The position numbers and the translations under genes were made by a program. From an uncultured Muribaculaceae bacterium (GTDB lineage: Bacteria; Bacillota_I; Bacilli_A; RF39; UBA660), in the NCBI GenBank assembly GCA_964465245.1, contig CAYXHQ010000002.1, forward strand, positions 1 through 32,336: a DNA stretch of 32,336 nt. The letters are read 5' to 3'. Below the pieces are notes generated by a model. It was not told the origin of the DNA. It searched no databases and saw nothing but the letters and a program-made list of their open reading frames with translations. Each line of letters opens with the position of its first letter. Within the stretch, counting starts at the first letter, position 1. Positions 1 to 8,640 of the stretch are shown here, one piece after another.

Positions 1-10
1 TGTATCATTC

Positions 11-1291
11 CTATAGTAAAATGATATCATTCTTTTCCTTTTTATTCAACAATTTTACATTATAAAATTCATTTATTTTATAGTCACCTCTTAACTTCAA
101 ATATAAATAATTAGAAGTATGTCCATAAAAGTATCCATCTTTTTCATTTTCAATAAGCACACTTAATGCTTTATTATCAAAATTTCTTTCATATTCGGTC
201 TTTAAAATATCAGATAATTCTAATAGTTTTCTTACTCTTTCCTTTTTCATTTCTTCTTTTACTTTAAGTGTAGAATTGGAAGAAACAGTTCCATCTCTAT
301 CTGAATATGGAAAAACATGAATTTTTGAAAATCCCATTTTTTTACAAAAGTTATATGTTTCTATAAAATCTTCTTCTGTTTCTCCTGGATACCCTACAAT
401 TACATCAGTAGACAAAGATATTAATGGATTAATTTTTCTTATCTTTTTTACTTTTTCTTCATAGTATGCAGTATCATACCTTCTATTCATTAATTTAAGA
501 ATTTTATCACATCCACTTTGGAGTGGAATATGCATATGACTTGCAATTTTTTCATCTTTCAAAAGTGATATTATTTCATCTGTTACTTCAACAATTTCTA
601 TAGAAGAAATTCTTATTCTATAATTACTATTTATTTCTATTAAATCAAGAAGTAAATTAAATAATTTATATCCAGAATTATCATAATGTCCTGTATGAAT
701 TCCAGTTAATACTATTTCTTTGCATCCGTTATTTAATAGGGTATTAACTTCACTTAATATAGAATCTTTATTTTTACTTCTAACACTACCCCTAACATAT
801 GGAATAACGCAGTAACTGCAGTAATTATCACATCCATCTTCTATTTTAATAAATCCTCTTGTATGATTATGTGTTTCTTCTATTTTCATATCTTCAAATT
901 GAATGTTTTTCATATCACAAAATTTTATTATTTTATTTCCTGTTTTTATATATTCATTAATATATTCTAATATTTTACTTTTTCCGTAGTTTCCAATAAT
1001 TATATCGGCATAATCTATTATAATTTCAAGATTATTAGAGTTATATAAGTTTTGAACGTAACATCCCATTACTGCTACTATGCTATTAGGATTATTTTTT
1101 CTAATACTGTGAATTATCTTTTTGCTCTTTTTATCACTTTCATTTGTAACTGTGCATGTATTAATAACATAAATATCTGCGTTATTCTCTACTAAAGTAT
1201 ATCCATCACGCAAAAAAACACTTATGATATATTCGCTTTCATAAGTATTTACTTTACAACCTAAAGTTTTTATACATACTGTTTTATTCAT
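11..1291 (-). CDS. mtaB: tRNA methylthiotransferase MtaB (radical-SAM, MiaB-like family)
   Basis: 426-aa ORF with an N-terminal MTTase domain (KTLGCKVNTYESE) and a radical-SAM CxxxCxxC motif (CDNYCSYCVIPYVRG). ATG at 1289-1291. Lies downstream of rsmE, as in the Bacillus yqeU-yqeV arrangement. Confidence 0.85.
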   Translation of the reverse strand: MNKTVCIKTLGCKVNTYESEYIISVFLRDGYTLVENNADIYVINTCTVTNESDKKSKKIIHSIRKNNPNSIVAVMGCYVQNLYNSNNLEIIIDYADIIIGNYGKSKILEYINEYIKTGNKIIKFCDMKNIQFEDMKIEETHNHTRGFIKIEDGCDNYCSYCVIPYVRGSVRSKNKDSILSEVNTLLNNGCKEIVLTGIHTGHYDNSGYKLFNLLLDLIEINSNYRIRISSIEIVEVTDEIISLLKDEKIASHMHIPLQSGCDKILKLMNRRYDTAYYEEKVKKIRKINPLISLSTDVIVGYPGETEEDFIETYNFCKKMGFSKIHVFPYSDRDGTVSSNSTLKVKEEMKKERVRKLLELSDILKTEYERNFDNKALSVLIENEKDGYFYGHTSNYLYLKLRGDYKINEFYNVKLLNKKEKNDIILL

Positions 1292-1293
1292 TT

Positions 1294-1953
1294 TTACATC
1301 AAACTCGTTTTAAATTCTTTCAAAATACGTAAATATTCTTCTTCTGCGGCATATGACACACCCTTAAATGGAGTTGATTCAATTTCAACTTGTTTTATAA
1401 CTGGAGCATCTAATGCATCTAAAGCTGATGCATTTGTTTCTACACATTTTAGTTCCAAACTAGATGCATTTTTAAGTAGTTCTTCATAACTAATAATTGC
1501 TTTTTTCTCTTGTTCTTCTTCATATTGTTGTATTAATAAAGCATTATTTTCTTTTCCGTATTCTTTATCTCTTTCTATTTCAATATTTTCTAATTCTTTT
1601 GTACTTATAATTGCATTTTCTTCTTCATTAAGTTCATATGCTTCTATTGGATTTATAACAATATTCTTTTTTTCTTCATTATTACTTAAATCTTCAAATA
1701 TTATAGGTTCAACTTTTGGTTCGTTTTCTATCTCACTATTAAGACTCAAATTAATACTTTCTAAAATATCATTATCAGCCACTGTTTGACTTTTTAATGT
1801 ATCTTTAGAAATTGATGACTGTAATTTTATCAAATAAGCAATAATTACTAACAATATTAGCATTACTATTATAAGAAAAATTACAAAATACTCACTATTA
1901 AAAAATAAATCCACAAATTCATTAAAATTATTCATATTACCCATACTACTCAC
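1294..1953 (-). CDS. hypothetical membrane-anchored, Glu-rich protein
   Basis: 219-aa ORF with one N-terminal TM helix (YFVIFLIIVMLILLVIIAYLI) followed by an acidic region. No family recognised. The track start at 1953 is GTG, 1 nt after AGAGGA. The ATG at 1942-1944 (10 nt after AGAGGA) is the likelier start. Overlaps the rsmE 3' end by a few nt. Confidence 0.55.
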   Translation of the reverse strand: MSSMGNMNNFNEFVDLFFNSEYFVIFLIIVMLILLVIIAYLIKLQSSISKDTLKSQTVADNDILESINLSLNSEIENEPKVEPIIFEDLSNNEEKKNIVINPIEAYELNEEENAIISTKELENIEIERDKEYGKENNALLIQQYEEEQEKKAIISYEELLKNASSLELKCVETNASALDALDAPVIKQVEIESTPFKGVSYAAEEEYLRILKEFKTSLM

Positions 1954-2656
1954 ATCCTCTTAAATATTTAATAATGGACATTAAAAACACAGGGACAGTT
2001 TCAGTTCTAAGAACACTACTTCCAAGCAATACTTTAATGTATCCATTACTTTCTATTATACTTTCTTCTGATTCGGTTAAACCACCTTCTGGTCCGAACA
2101 CTATAGATATCTTATCACAAATATTTGGTTCTGTTAATACGTGTGTCAAGTTTTTTACATTTTCTTTGTCAAGTGAGCATAATATATTCATTCCGTTTAC
2201 ACTTTCTATTTTATTTGGTGTTATAAATTTATTTAGCACAGGTACTTCTGTTCTATAACTTTGTTCACTTGCTTCAGTTATTATTTTATTCCATCTAATT
2301 AATTTCTTTTCTTTAGTTTTAGCATCTATTTTATACTTACATCTTTCGTATTCAACTATTACAAACTCAGTCGCTCCAAGTTCAGTACATTTTTGAAATA
2401 TATAACTCATTTTTTCATCTTGCAAAAAAGGTACATAGATAGTAGTTTTATTGTTAGTAATGCTTTCTATAACTTCTGATTCTACTGTTACACTCTCTAG
2501 GTCTTTATTCAAAGTGCTTATATATCTTTTACCATCGAACACTGTATATACTTTTGCTCCTTTACTCATTCTCATAACATTTTTTATATGATTAAAATCT
2601 TTTTCGTTTAATTTAATTATGGATTCATTTTTACTTACTCCAAAATATTGTTGCAT
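1946..2656 (-). CDS. rsmE: 16S rRNA (uracil1498-N3)-methyltransferase RsmE
   Basis: C-terminal SPOUT motif GPEGGLTESEE plus the SLGSxILRTETA-like LLGSSVLRTETV. The ATG at 2654-2656 is preceded by GGAGG (MQQYFGV...). The 4-codon extension in the ORF track is unlikely to be translated. Confidence 0.85.
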   Translation of the reverse strand: MQQYFGVSKNESIIKLNEKDFNHIKNVMRMSKGAKVYTVFDGKRYISTLNKDLESVTVESEVIESITNNKTTIYVPFLQDEKMSYIFQKCTELGATEFVIVEYERCKYKIDAKTKEKKLIRWNKIITEASEQSYRTEVPVLNKFITPNKIESVNGMNILCSLDKENVKNLTHVLTEPNICDKISIVFGPEGGLTESEESIIESNGYIKVLLGSSVLRTETVPVFLMSIIKYLRGCE

Positions 2657-2692
2657 ACACGCCTCCAATTACCACTTATTATAAAATATAAA

Positions 2693-3040
2693 TTAAACAA
2701 TATCAACAATTCCTTCACCTTTAATCTCAATATATATTAATATAATTGTCCCTAAAATAAATAATATAGAAGCTCCCATATCTAAATTATTCGCAGCTTC
2801 CGAGTCATTATGGTTATATGTATATTTATCGTATAATATATATAAATAACTTATTAGAAATGCGACTAGTAGTATTACTTTTATTGTACTTACCATACTT
2901 TCGTGTTCATTTGTTCCATTTAATAAATCTTTTTTTTCTAAATAATTTAAATAAATAGATATCCCTGCGGCAACAAGAAAAACAATATAGATAATATCTA
3001 AACTTTTTAGTCTTTTTAGTTCACGCTCAATATCTTGCAT
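2693..3040 (-). CDS. hypothetical small integral membrane protein (3 predicted TM helices)
   Basis: 115-aa ORF with three hydrophobic segments. No recognisable family. Confidence 0.5.
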   Translation of the reverse strand: MQDIERELKRLKSLDIIYIVFLVAAGISIYLNYLEKKDLLNGTNEHESMVSTIKVILLVAFLISYLYILYDKYTYNHNDSEAANNLDMGASILFILGTIILIYIEIKGEGIVDIV

Positions 3041-3057
3041 ATTAAAATATATGAGTG

Positions 3058-3336
3058 TTACTTTAAATTAACTATAGTCATTCCGTCATTAAAAATATCT
3101 ATTTTATAATTTATTACATTTTTATTTTGTTTTAATTCTTCATAAACTGCTTTTTTAACTGTATATGTTCCTTTTCCATGTATTATAGCAATTTTTTTCT
3201 CACACACTTTTATATTATCTTCTATAAATATTTTCGTAAGTACCTTAGCGCTCTCATAAGTTTCTCCATGTAAGTCAAGTATAGGTGTGCCATATAAAAA
3301 AGGATCATTTATTTTGTTTGTAGATTTCATATACAC
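3058..3336 (-). CDS. stand-alone Smr (small MutS-related) domain protein
   Basis: 92-aa ORF with the Smr hallmarks LDLHG (ILDLHGETYESA) and HGxG (IIHGKGTYTVKKAV). Overlaps the 3' end of the upstream gene by about 26-32 nt. Confidence 0.7.
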   Translation of the reverse strand: MYMKSTNKINDPFLYGTPILDLHGETYESAKVLTKIFIEDNIKVCEKKIAIIHGKGTYTVKKAVYEELKQNKNVINYKIDIFNDGMTIVNLK

Positions 3337-4177
3337 TTCCTAACTCTGGTACAAATATTGATTTATTACTTTCTTTTAAAGATAAATATTCACTAATTGT
3401 AGAAATTTTTACACACTTTTCTATAGGCAAATCGTTAGAAATGCCATAAACAAATGCTCCATAGAATATATTTCTATTAGTTTCTTTGTAATTACCTTTA
3501 ATACGACCCATTAATTTAATTTTATCTTTTTCTTTATATAAAGAACCCATATTACCTAAATCAAGTATAATAGTTTTATTATAAAATGTTTCCAGTGCTC
3601 TATATAAATCAGATAATTTATTTAAATCATTTAAGTCTGCATTAATAGAAGTAATACTTTCTGCGACTTTTAAAGACATTATAATATAAGTAGAGTTTTT
3701 ACATATTTTTGGAACACTATTATTAAATTCTCTTACTATACTTACTTTTATTGCATCTTCATATTTATTAAATAAGACTTCAGTAAATTTAAGTTCACTC
3801 AAATCACTTACAATAACTTTAGGTTTAAATTTATAATTGGTGTGTAGTTTTATTTCATTTTCTTTAATGCTTTCTGTTATTTCTTTTTTATTATTTTCAT
3901 TTATTATTTTATAAGTAACACTAGTATTTTCAAGATCACTTTCTATTACATAATCTGTATTAACACGCACATTACGAATTTCTTCAAGTATTTTTTTGCC
4001 AAATGCATCACTGCTTACCACACCTTCAAAATAAACTTCTTCTTCCCATGAAGAAAGTAAATAAGAAATTACTAGAGATGTGCCTACAATTGTTTCTTCT
4101 TTTTTTATTACTTTATTATTTTTGTTTATTATTAGTTCTATATCATATCCGGTTTTTCCAACACAAAGAATACTCAT
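3305..4177 (-). CDS. ribokinase/PfkB-like protein with degenerate signature motifs
   Basis: About 290 aa. The N-terminus MSILCVGKTGYDIELII resembles the PfkB first strand (ivviGs.n.D). The length and the C-terminal ...YGAFVYGISNDLPIEKCVKISTISEYLSL resemble the PfkB C-terminus, but the DTxGAGD and GG.G.N motifs are not present. The ATG at 4175-4177 is preceded by GGAGG. Confidence 0.4.
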   Translation of the reverse strand: MSILCVGKTGYDIELIINKNNKVIKKEETIVGTSLVISYLLSSWEEEVYFEGVVSSDAFGKKILEEIRNVRVNTDYVIESDLENTSVTYKIINENNKKEITESIKENEIKLHTNYKFKPKVIVSDLSELKFTEVLFNKYEDAIKVSIVREFNNSVPKICKNSTYIIMSLKVAESITSINADLNDLNKLSDLYRALETFYNKTIILDLGNMGSLYKEKDKIKLMGRIKGNYKETNRNIFYGAFVYGISNDLPIEKCVKISTISEYLSLKESNKSIFVPELGSVYEIYKQNK

Positions 4178-4216
4178 GCACACCTCCACTATAAAATAAT
4201 ATTATCACAAAATTAG

Positions 4217-4240
4217 AAAAAAATAAGCAATTTTTGCTTA
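4217..4240 (-). terminator. rho-independent terminator after the 151-aa gene
   Basis: On the minus strand: TAAGCAA-AAA-TTGCTTA hairpin (4224-4240) followed by TTTTTTT (4217-4223). Confidence 0.6.
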
Positions 4241-4247
4241 CTTTTGG

Positions 4248-4703
4248 CTATCTTATATTTTCTTTATAATATTTTATATTATTTTCATCAAGAATACTAA
4301 CATCAACTATCTTTTTTTCAAGAGCATCTTCTAAAGTGTATTCTTCTATTCCTTTTATTACATAATAATCTTTTTGACAAGCAAAGTAATATTTATAATT
4401 TTCATCTGTATAGAAAAATTTTAAAGCTTCTCCACAATATTCAGTTCTATCAATTATTTTAATACTATTTTGACTTTCCATATTATTTTTATTATATATT
4501 AGTAAGAAAACAGTTATACCAATTAAACATCCGATGATTATAATTATATAAATAATATTTTTGTTTTCTATCTTAAAGTTTTTACCACTAGAACTCGTGA
4601 ATTTTTCTTCAGGCGAAAGCACAGATTTATCATTTATTATTTCTAATTTTGATCCATTTTCTTGATTAACATTATTAGTTTGATTCAAATTTTTATCATC
4701 CAT
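4248..4703 (-). CDS. hypothetical membrane-anchored protein
   Basis: 151-aa ORF with a polar N-terminus, one TM helix (IIYIIIIIGCLIGITVFLLIY) and a C-terminal globular part. AAGGGAG lies 8 nt upstream of the ATG. Confidence 0.55.
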   Translation of the reverse strand: MDDKNLNQTNNVNQENGSKLEIINDKSVLSPEEKFTSSSGKNFKIENKNIIYIIIIIGCLIGITVFLLIYNKNNMESQNSIKIIDRTEYCGEALKFFYTDENYKYYFACQKDYYVIKGIEEYTLEDALEKKIVDVSILDENNIKYYKENIR

Positions 4704-4745
4704 AATATAATCTCCCTTTATTCTAAGAATAAAATATCACATTTC

Positions 4746-6353
4746 TTATCTTTTTTCAATTGATTTTATTTCATTAATATTTTTGCCTTTTGCATATGTA
4801 ATATCTATATTGTCTCCTACTTTTAAGAATGGCAATATATTTTCACTAATACTTAGTTTTGATTTATATATTTCACTAGACGTACTTGTTATATAGTAAT
4901 ATGTATTGCCTTCTACCACTCCTGCGCTTATATAAGAAATAGTAATAGTACTTTTTGTGTTAGCAGTATCAGTTTCATAATTTGTATTATTTAAATAATT
5001 ATCAGCAGCACGTTCTATACCTAAAGCGGCATCAGTTACTACTACTTTTTGATAATCTTCTACATCTACAAATGCATACATTTTTACAAGACCCGCGTTA
5101 TCTTTTAGAGATATTAAGTATGTTGGTCTATTATTTAAATTAATAAGTAACGGAAATGTAGCATCATAATTCATTTGTTGTACTTGACCTTCTGCGCTAG
5201 ACATTGCTGAATATTCTTCTGCCCCAGGCACACTATAATAATTTGTTTTTTTAGTTCTAAGATTTGTTAATACAAAACCTATATTTGACTCATCACTTAC
5301 TGCTGAAGTTATACCTGTATATAAATATACATCATCATCCATTACTAAATAGTTATATCCGGTAGTTGTTTTAACTACTCCTTTTTGTCCAAAAATTGAA
5401 TTAAAGTATCCACGTATGTACAGTCCCCATGAATTTAATTCTTCTATAATTAAGTCTGCTGGGTATACATGATCTATCCAACTTGGCACATCTGATGCAT
5501 CATATTTAGTAGTATTACCTGTCAAAGGATCTAACATAACTACTCCACTTATTTTCCTTTTAAGTCCTACTCCAGTATATTCAATAATAGGAGCTATCCA
5601 ATAAGGTTTACCATCATTATCTATTTCAAATGATACAGTGTCAAATATGAGTGTCGGATACTTAAATCTTAATTTTCTAGATAAATTTTCACCAAACATT
5701 GCACTTGGCATATATTTCATACCTTTATCAAGTTTTATAAGTGAAGACTCTCCACTAACTGAGTCAACTGTTATATATCCTTTTACTCCTTCACGTCTAT
5801 TAGTAAAATATTTAATCCAGTCTGCATATTCAAGAGGTGTTACTCTTATGATTTTATTATTATAATTAATTTGAGTATATAAAGAAGATACATTAAATTG
5901 ACTAACAAGTTCAGGCATTTGTCCCATTACTCTGTCCCCTAGTTTAATAGAAGAATCTTTATCAAGTAAAGGTGTCGAACTAAAATCAACTTCATTAATA
6001 TTCTCTGTGAATAATTCAGTATCATCTACACTTATTCTACTTCTATAACTTTTTGAGTTAAAAAGTGGAGAACAAAATAAGTTTATTAATAAAATTAATA
6101 TAAAAACAAGTGGAAAAACTAATATAAGTTTAGATTTATTCTTAATCATTTTGATATTAGGCTTTTCACTAAGTAAAGATTTGTAATCAGCAAGACGTGA
6201 TACACTAGTAAATAGATAAAATCCAATTACAAACACTATATATACATAAAATCCTGGATTTTTAAAATTAATCGCAGGCAAAGTTACATAGAATAATATA
6301 AATGCAAATAAAAGAGTTAAACAAATACGAAATAACAATATTTTCTTTTTCAC
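4746..6353 (-). CDS. conserved-looking large membrane protein of unknown function (N-terminal TM helices plus large extracytoplasmic domain)
   Basis: 535-aa ORF with a GTG start at 6351-6353, 4 nt after GGTGG. Three N-terminal hydrophobic helices are followed by a roughly 430-aa soluble domain. I cannot name a family. Confidence 0.6.
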   Translation of the reverse strand: MKKKILLFRICLTLLFAFILFYVTLPAINFKNPGFYVYIVFVIGFYLFTSVSRLADYKSLLSEKPNIKMIKNKSKLILVFPLVFILILLINLFCSPLFNSKSYRSRISVDDTELFTENINEVDFSSTPLLDKDSSIKLGDRVMGQMPELVSQFNVSSLYTQINYNNKIIRVTPLEYADWIKYFTNRREGVKGYITVDSVSGESSLIKLDKGMKYMPSAMFGENLSRKLRFKYPTLIFDTVSFEIDNDGKPYWIAPIIEYTGVGLKRKISGVVMLDPLTGNTTKYDASDVPSWIDHVYPADLIIEELNSWGLYIRGYFNSIFGQKGVVKTTTGYNYLVMDDDVYLYTGITSAVSDESNIGFVLTNLRTKKTNYYSVPGAEEYSAMSSAEGQVQQMNYDATFPLLINLNNRPTYLISLKDNAGLVKMYAFVDVEDYQKVVVTDAALGIERAADNYLNNTNYETDTANTKSTITISYISAGVVEGNTYYYITSTSSEIYKSKLSISENILPFLKVGDNIDITYAKGKNINEIKSIEKR

Positions 6354-6374
6354 GAATCCACCATCCTTAAAAAT

Positions 6375-6383
6375 ATTATATCA
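6375..6383 (-). promoter_or_regulatory. extended -10 promoter element (TGATATAAT) for the 535-aa gene
   Basis: The minus strand reads TTAGAC-18 nt-TGA-TATAAT about 20 nt upstream of the GTG start, directly after the obg stop. Confidence 0.4.
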
Positions 6384-6407
6384 AATCATATGTATATTGT
6401 CTAACTT

Positions 6408-7679
6408 TTAATCATCTATTTCAAATTCATATTTTAAAATTCTAACAGTATCTCCTTCTTTTGCGCCTAGTGATTTTAATTCAGCATCTATTCCCATGTG
6501 TTTTAATTTTTTAGCAAATCTAGAAGCAGACTCGTCACTGTTAAATTTGGTCATTTTAAGAAGTTTAGTAAGTTCATCTCCACTAAGTACCCATGTATCT
6601 CCTTCTTTTGTAATTGTATATGGTTTAGTGTTTTTAAATTCATATAGTATATAATCTTCAAATTCGCCTTCTTCATACATTGATGCATCCGGTATATTTT
6701 TTAATTTTTCATTTAAGGCATACATTAATTCTTTTACTCCCGCATGTGTTACGGCACTTATTTCATATACTTTTAAATCAGGATATTCACTTTTGAATTT
6801 TTCAAGATTACCGATGGATGCAGGTAAATCCATTTTGTTAGCTACAACTACTTCTTCTTTATTGTATAGTTTTTCATCATATTTTTTGATTTCATTTCTA
6901 ATAATTTTATAGTCCTCTATAGGGTTTCTTCCGTCAGACCCACTCATATCTAATACATGACATATTATTTTGGTACGCGCGGCATGACGTAAGAATTTAT
7001 CTCCAAGGCCTACTCCTTCACTTGAGCCTTCAATAAGGCCTGGAAGGTCTGCGATAACAAAACTCTCACTTCCAACACTTACTACTCCTAAATTTGGAGT
7101 AAGCGTAGTAAAGTGATATGCTGCGATTTTGGGTTTTGATGCGCTTACTACTGAGATTAATGAACTTTTTCCAACTGAAGGAAATCCTACAAGACCAACA
7201 TCAGCAAGTAGCATAAGTTCACATTTTAATAGTTTTTCTTCTCCAGGTTCACCATTTTCACTAGTAAGAGGTGCTTTATTTTTGTTTGTTTTAAAAGCGG
7301 CATTTCCTTTTCCACCTCTTCCGCCTTTTGCGACTACACACTGTTGACCCGGTTTAGTGAGGTCACATATAATAAGTCCAGTATCTTCATCTTTAATGCT
7401 TGTCCCAACTGGTACTTTAATGATAGTGTTTTCTGCCGAAAAACCAGTTTTATCCATGCTTCCACCATTGCCACCATTCTGCCCTTTAATATTTTTGTTG
7501 TATCTTAAATCAATAAGTGTTCTAAGCCCAGAATCTGCTACAAATATAACGTCTGACCCATGTCCTCCGTTTCCTCCATCAGGTCCTCCCATTTCAACAT
7601 ATTTTTCATGCCTAAAAGAGGTACATCCATTACCACCAGACCCCGCTATTACTTTAATTACTACTTCATCTATAAACAT
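6408..7679 (-). CDS. obg: GTPase Obg/CgtA
   Basis: N-terminal Gly-rich Obg fold (MFIDEVVIKVIAGSGGNGCTSFRHEKYVEMGGPDGGNGGHG). G-domain motifs GFPSVGKSSL, DLPGLIEG and NKMD. C-terminal OCT/TGS-like domain. GGAGGT lies upstream of the ATG. Confidence 0.95.
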   Translation of the reverse strand: MFIDEVVIKVIAGSGGNGCTSFRHEKYVEMGGPDGGNGGHGSDVIFVADSGLRTLIDLRYNKNIKGQNGGNGGSMDKTGFSAENTIIKVPVGTSIKDEDTGLIICDLTKPGQQCVVAKGGRGGKGNAAFKTNKNKAPLTSENGEPGEEKLLKCELMLLADVGLVGFPSVGKSSLISVVSASKPKIAAYHFTTLTPNLGVVSVGSESFVIADLPGLIEGSSEGVGLGDKFLRHAARTKIICHVLDMSGSDGRNPIEDYKIIRNEIKKYDEKLYNKEEVVVANKMDLPASIGNLEKFKSEYPDLKVYEISAVTHAGVKELMYALNEKLKNIPDASMYEEGEFEDYILYEFKNTKPYTITKEGDTWVLSGDELTKLLKMTKFNSDESASRFAKKLKHMGIDAELKSLGAKEGDTVRILKYEFEIDD

Positions 7680-7689
7680 AACTTACCTC

Positions 7690-8022
7690 CTATAATGTTT
7701 TTTCTAAAAATATTCCTTTTTCAAAAGAACCTCTCACATTCTTTTTATATTCTCTTGTATTTATAAGTTCATCAAAAGACACACCAAAATAACTATTTAT
7801 TGCAATAATTACTTCTAATATATCAGCTGATTCTTCTAATACTTTTTTGGGGTCTTTTAATTCAATTGCTTCAGTTAATTCACTCATTTCTTCGCTTAGT
7901 TTAATTTTTAAATACTCTAATTTTTCTTCTTCTGGTAAAACCCTATAAATCGCAGTTTCCCCATTTTGTTCTATTTTTTCAATTATCTTATCTCTTACTA
8001 ATTTGTTATGTATTTGTTCCAT
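7690..8022 (-). CDS. small all-alpha NTP pyrophosphohydrolase (MazG / PRA-PH-like)
   Basis: 110 aa. The N-terminal HNKLVRDKIIEKIE is typical of this small family. Acidic metal-binding motifs EEMSELTE (ExxE) and EESADILE (ExxD) are present. GAGGTG lies 4 nt upstream of the ATG. Confidence 0.7.
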   Translation of the reverse strand: MEQIHNKLVRDKIIEKIEQNGETAIYRVLPEEEKLEYLKIKLSEEMSELTEAIELKDPKKVLEESADILEVIIAINSYFGVSFDELINTREYKKNVRGSFEKGIFLEKTL

Positions 8023-8079
8023 TTCACACCTCTATCTTTTCTAATGATTCCATATATTTTAATATTGAATTTAAGTTCA

Positions 8080-8631
8080 TTAATATACTTCTTTCATGAT
8101 AACGTCATATAAATATTCTTCGTTGTGAAATTTATTAATATAATCAGATATTTTTGATATATCTAATTCGTTTTTTGTTTCTCTATAATTATTTATTATT
8201 TCTTTATAATAATCAAACCCAAAAGATTTTCTATTTCTTATTAATTCAATTAACATTCTTTCTTTATCATAGATATTAATTTTTACATTATTAACTGTTA
8301 ATTCACTTTTACCAACTTCAAATAATGAGTCAATAACTTTCACTTGTATTATATCTTTATTATTAATTTTAGTAGAATCTCTTTTAATTGCTAGATATAT
8401 TTTTTGAGGAATAACATCGGTTAAATTATGATAAAAAAATGCACTATTTAATGTATATATAGCATTAGGATATTTTTTATTAATAATTTCAAATTGATTA
8501 ATATCTTTTTTATCACTATATAATCCTTTTTCAATTTTATAAATATCCATATTATATATTGCTTTTTTTAGTTTATACATTGATCCATATTTTTTTATTA
8601 TTTCTGTATAGGTATATAACAACTCTCTCAC
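8080..8631 (-). CDS. AbiEi/AbiGi-family antitoxin-like winged-HTH protein (orphan)
   Basis: 183 aa. Has the N-terminal wHTH pattern ending in IEKGLYS. The central YPNAIYTLNSAFFYHNLTDVIP and the later INIYDKERMLIELIRNRK match the conserved blocks of short AbiEi-type antitoxins (YP.A..s..SAl..h.LtD.iP; v.v.d.ERt..Dlir). The start is either GTG at 8631 or TTG at 8622 (6 nt after GAGGTG). Confidence 0.6.
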   Translation of the reverse strand: MRELLYTYTEIIKKYGSMYKLKKAIYNMDIYKIEKGLYSDKKDINQFEIINKKYPNAIYTLNSAFFYHNLTDVIPQKIYLAIKRDSTKINNKDIIQVKVIDSLFEVGKSELTVNNVKINIYDKERMLIELIRNRKSFGFDYYKEIINNYRETKNELDISKISDYINKFHNEEYLYDVIMKEVY

Positions 8632-8640
8632 CTCAAACTC

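Noticed and set aside
1974-2258. Plus-strand 94-aa ORF. The same applies to similar plus-strand ORFs at 4003-4194, 5638-5865, 10436-10663, 17675-18034, 20733-20933, 21492-21716, 21897-22232, 22711-23028, 24086-24271, 24904-25290, 29328-29613, 31029-31367 and 31904-32134.
   Set aside because: All lie antisense within confidently assigned minus-strand genes. Their translations are Leu/Phe/Ile/Ser-rich, as expected from AT-rich antisense sequence. None has a convincing SD or family resemblance.
7129-7766. Three plus-strand ORFs (72, 112 and 68 aa), Pro/Ser-rich, overlapping obg
   Set aside because: They are antisense shadows of the Gly-rich Obg coding sequence (GGN codons read as NCC, giving Pro). 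They have no SD and no independent support.
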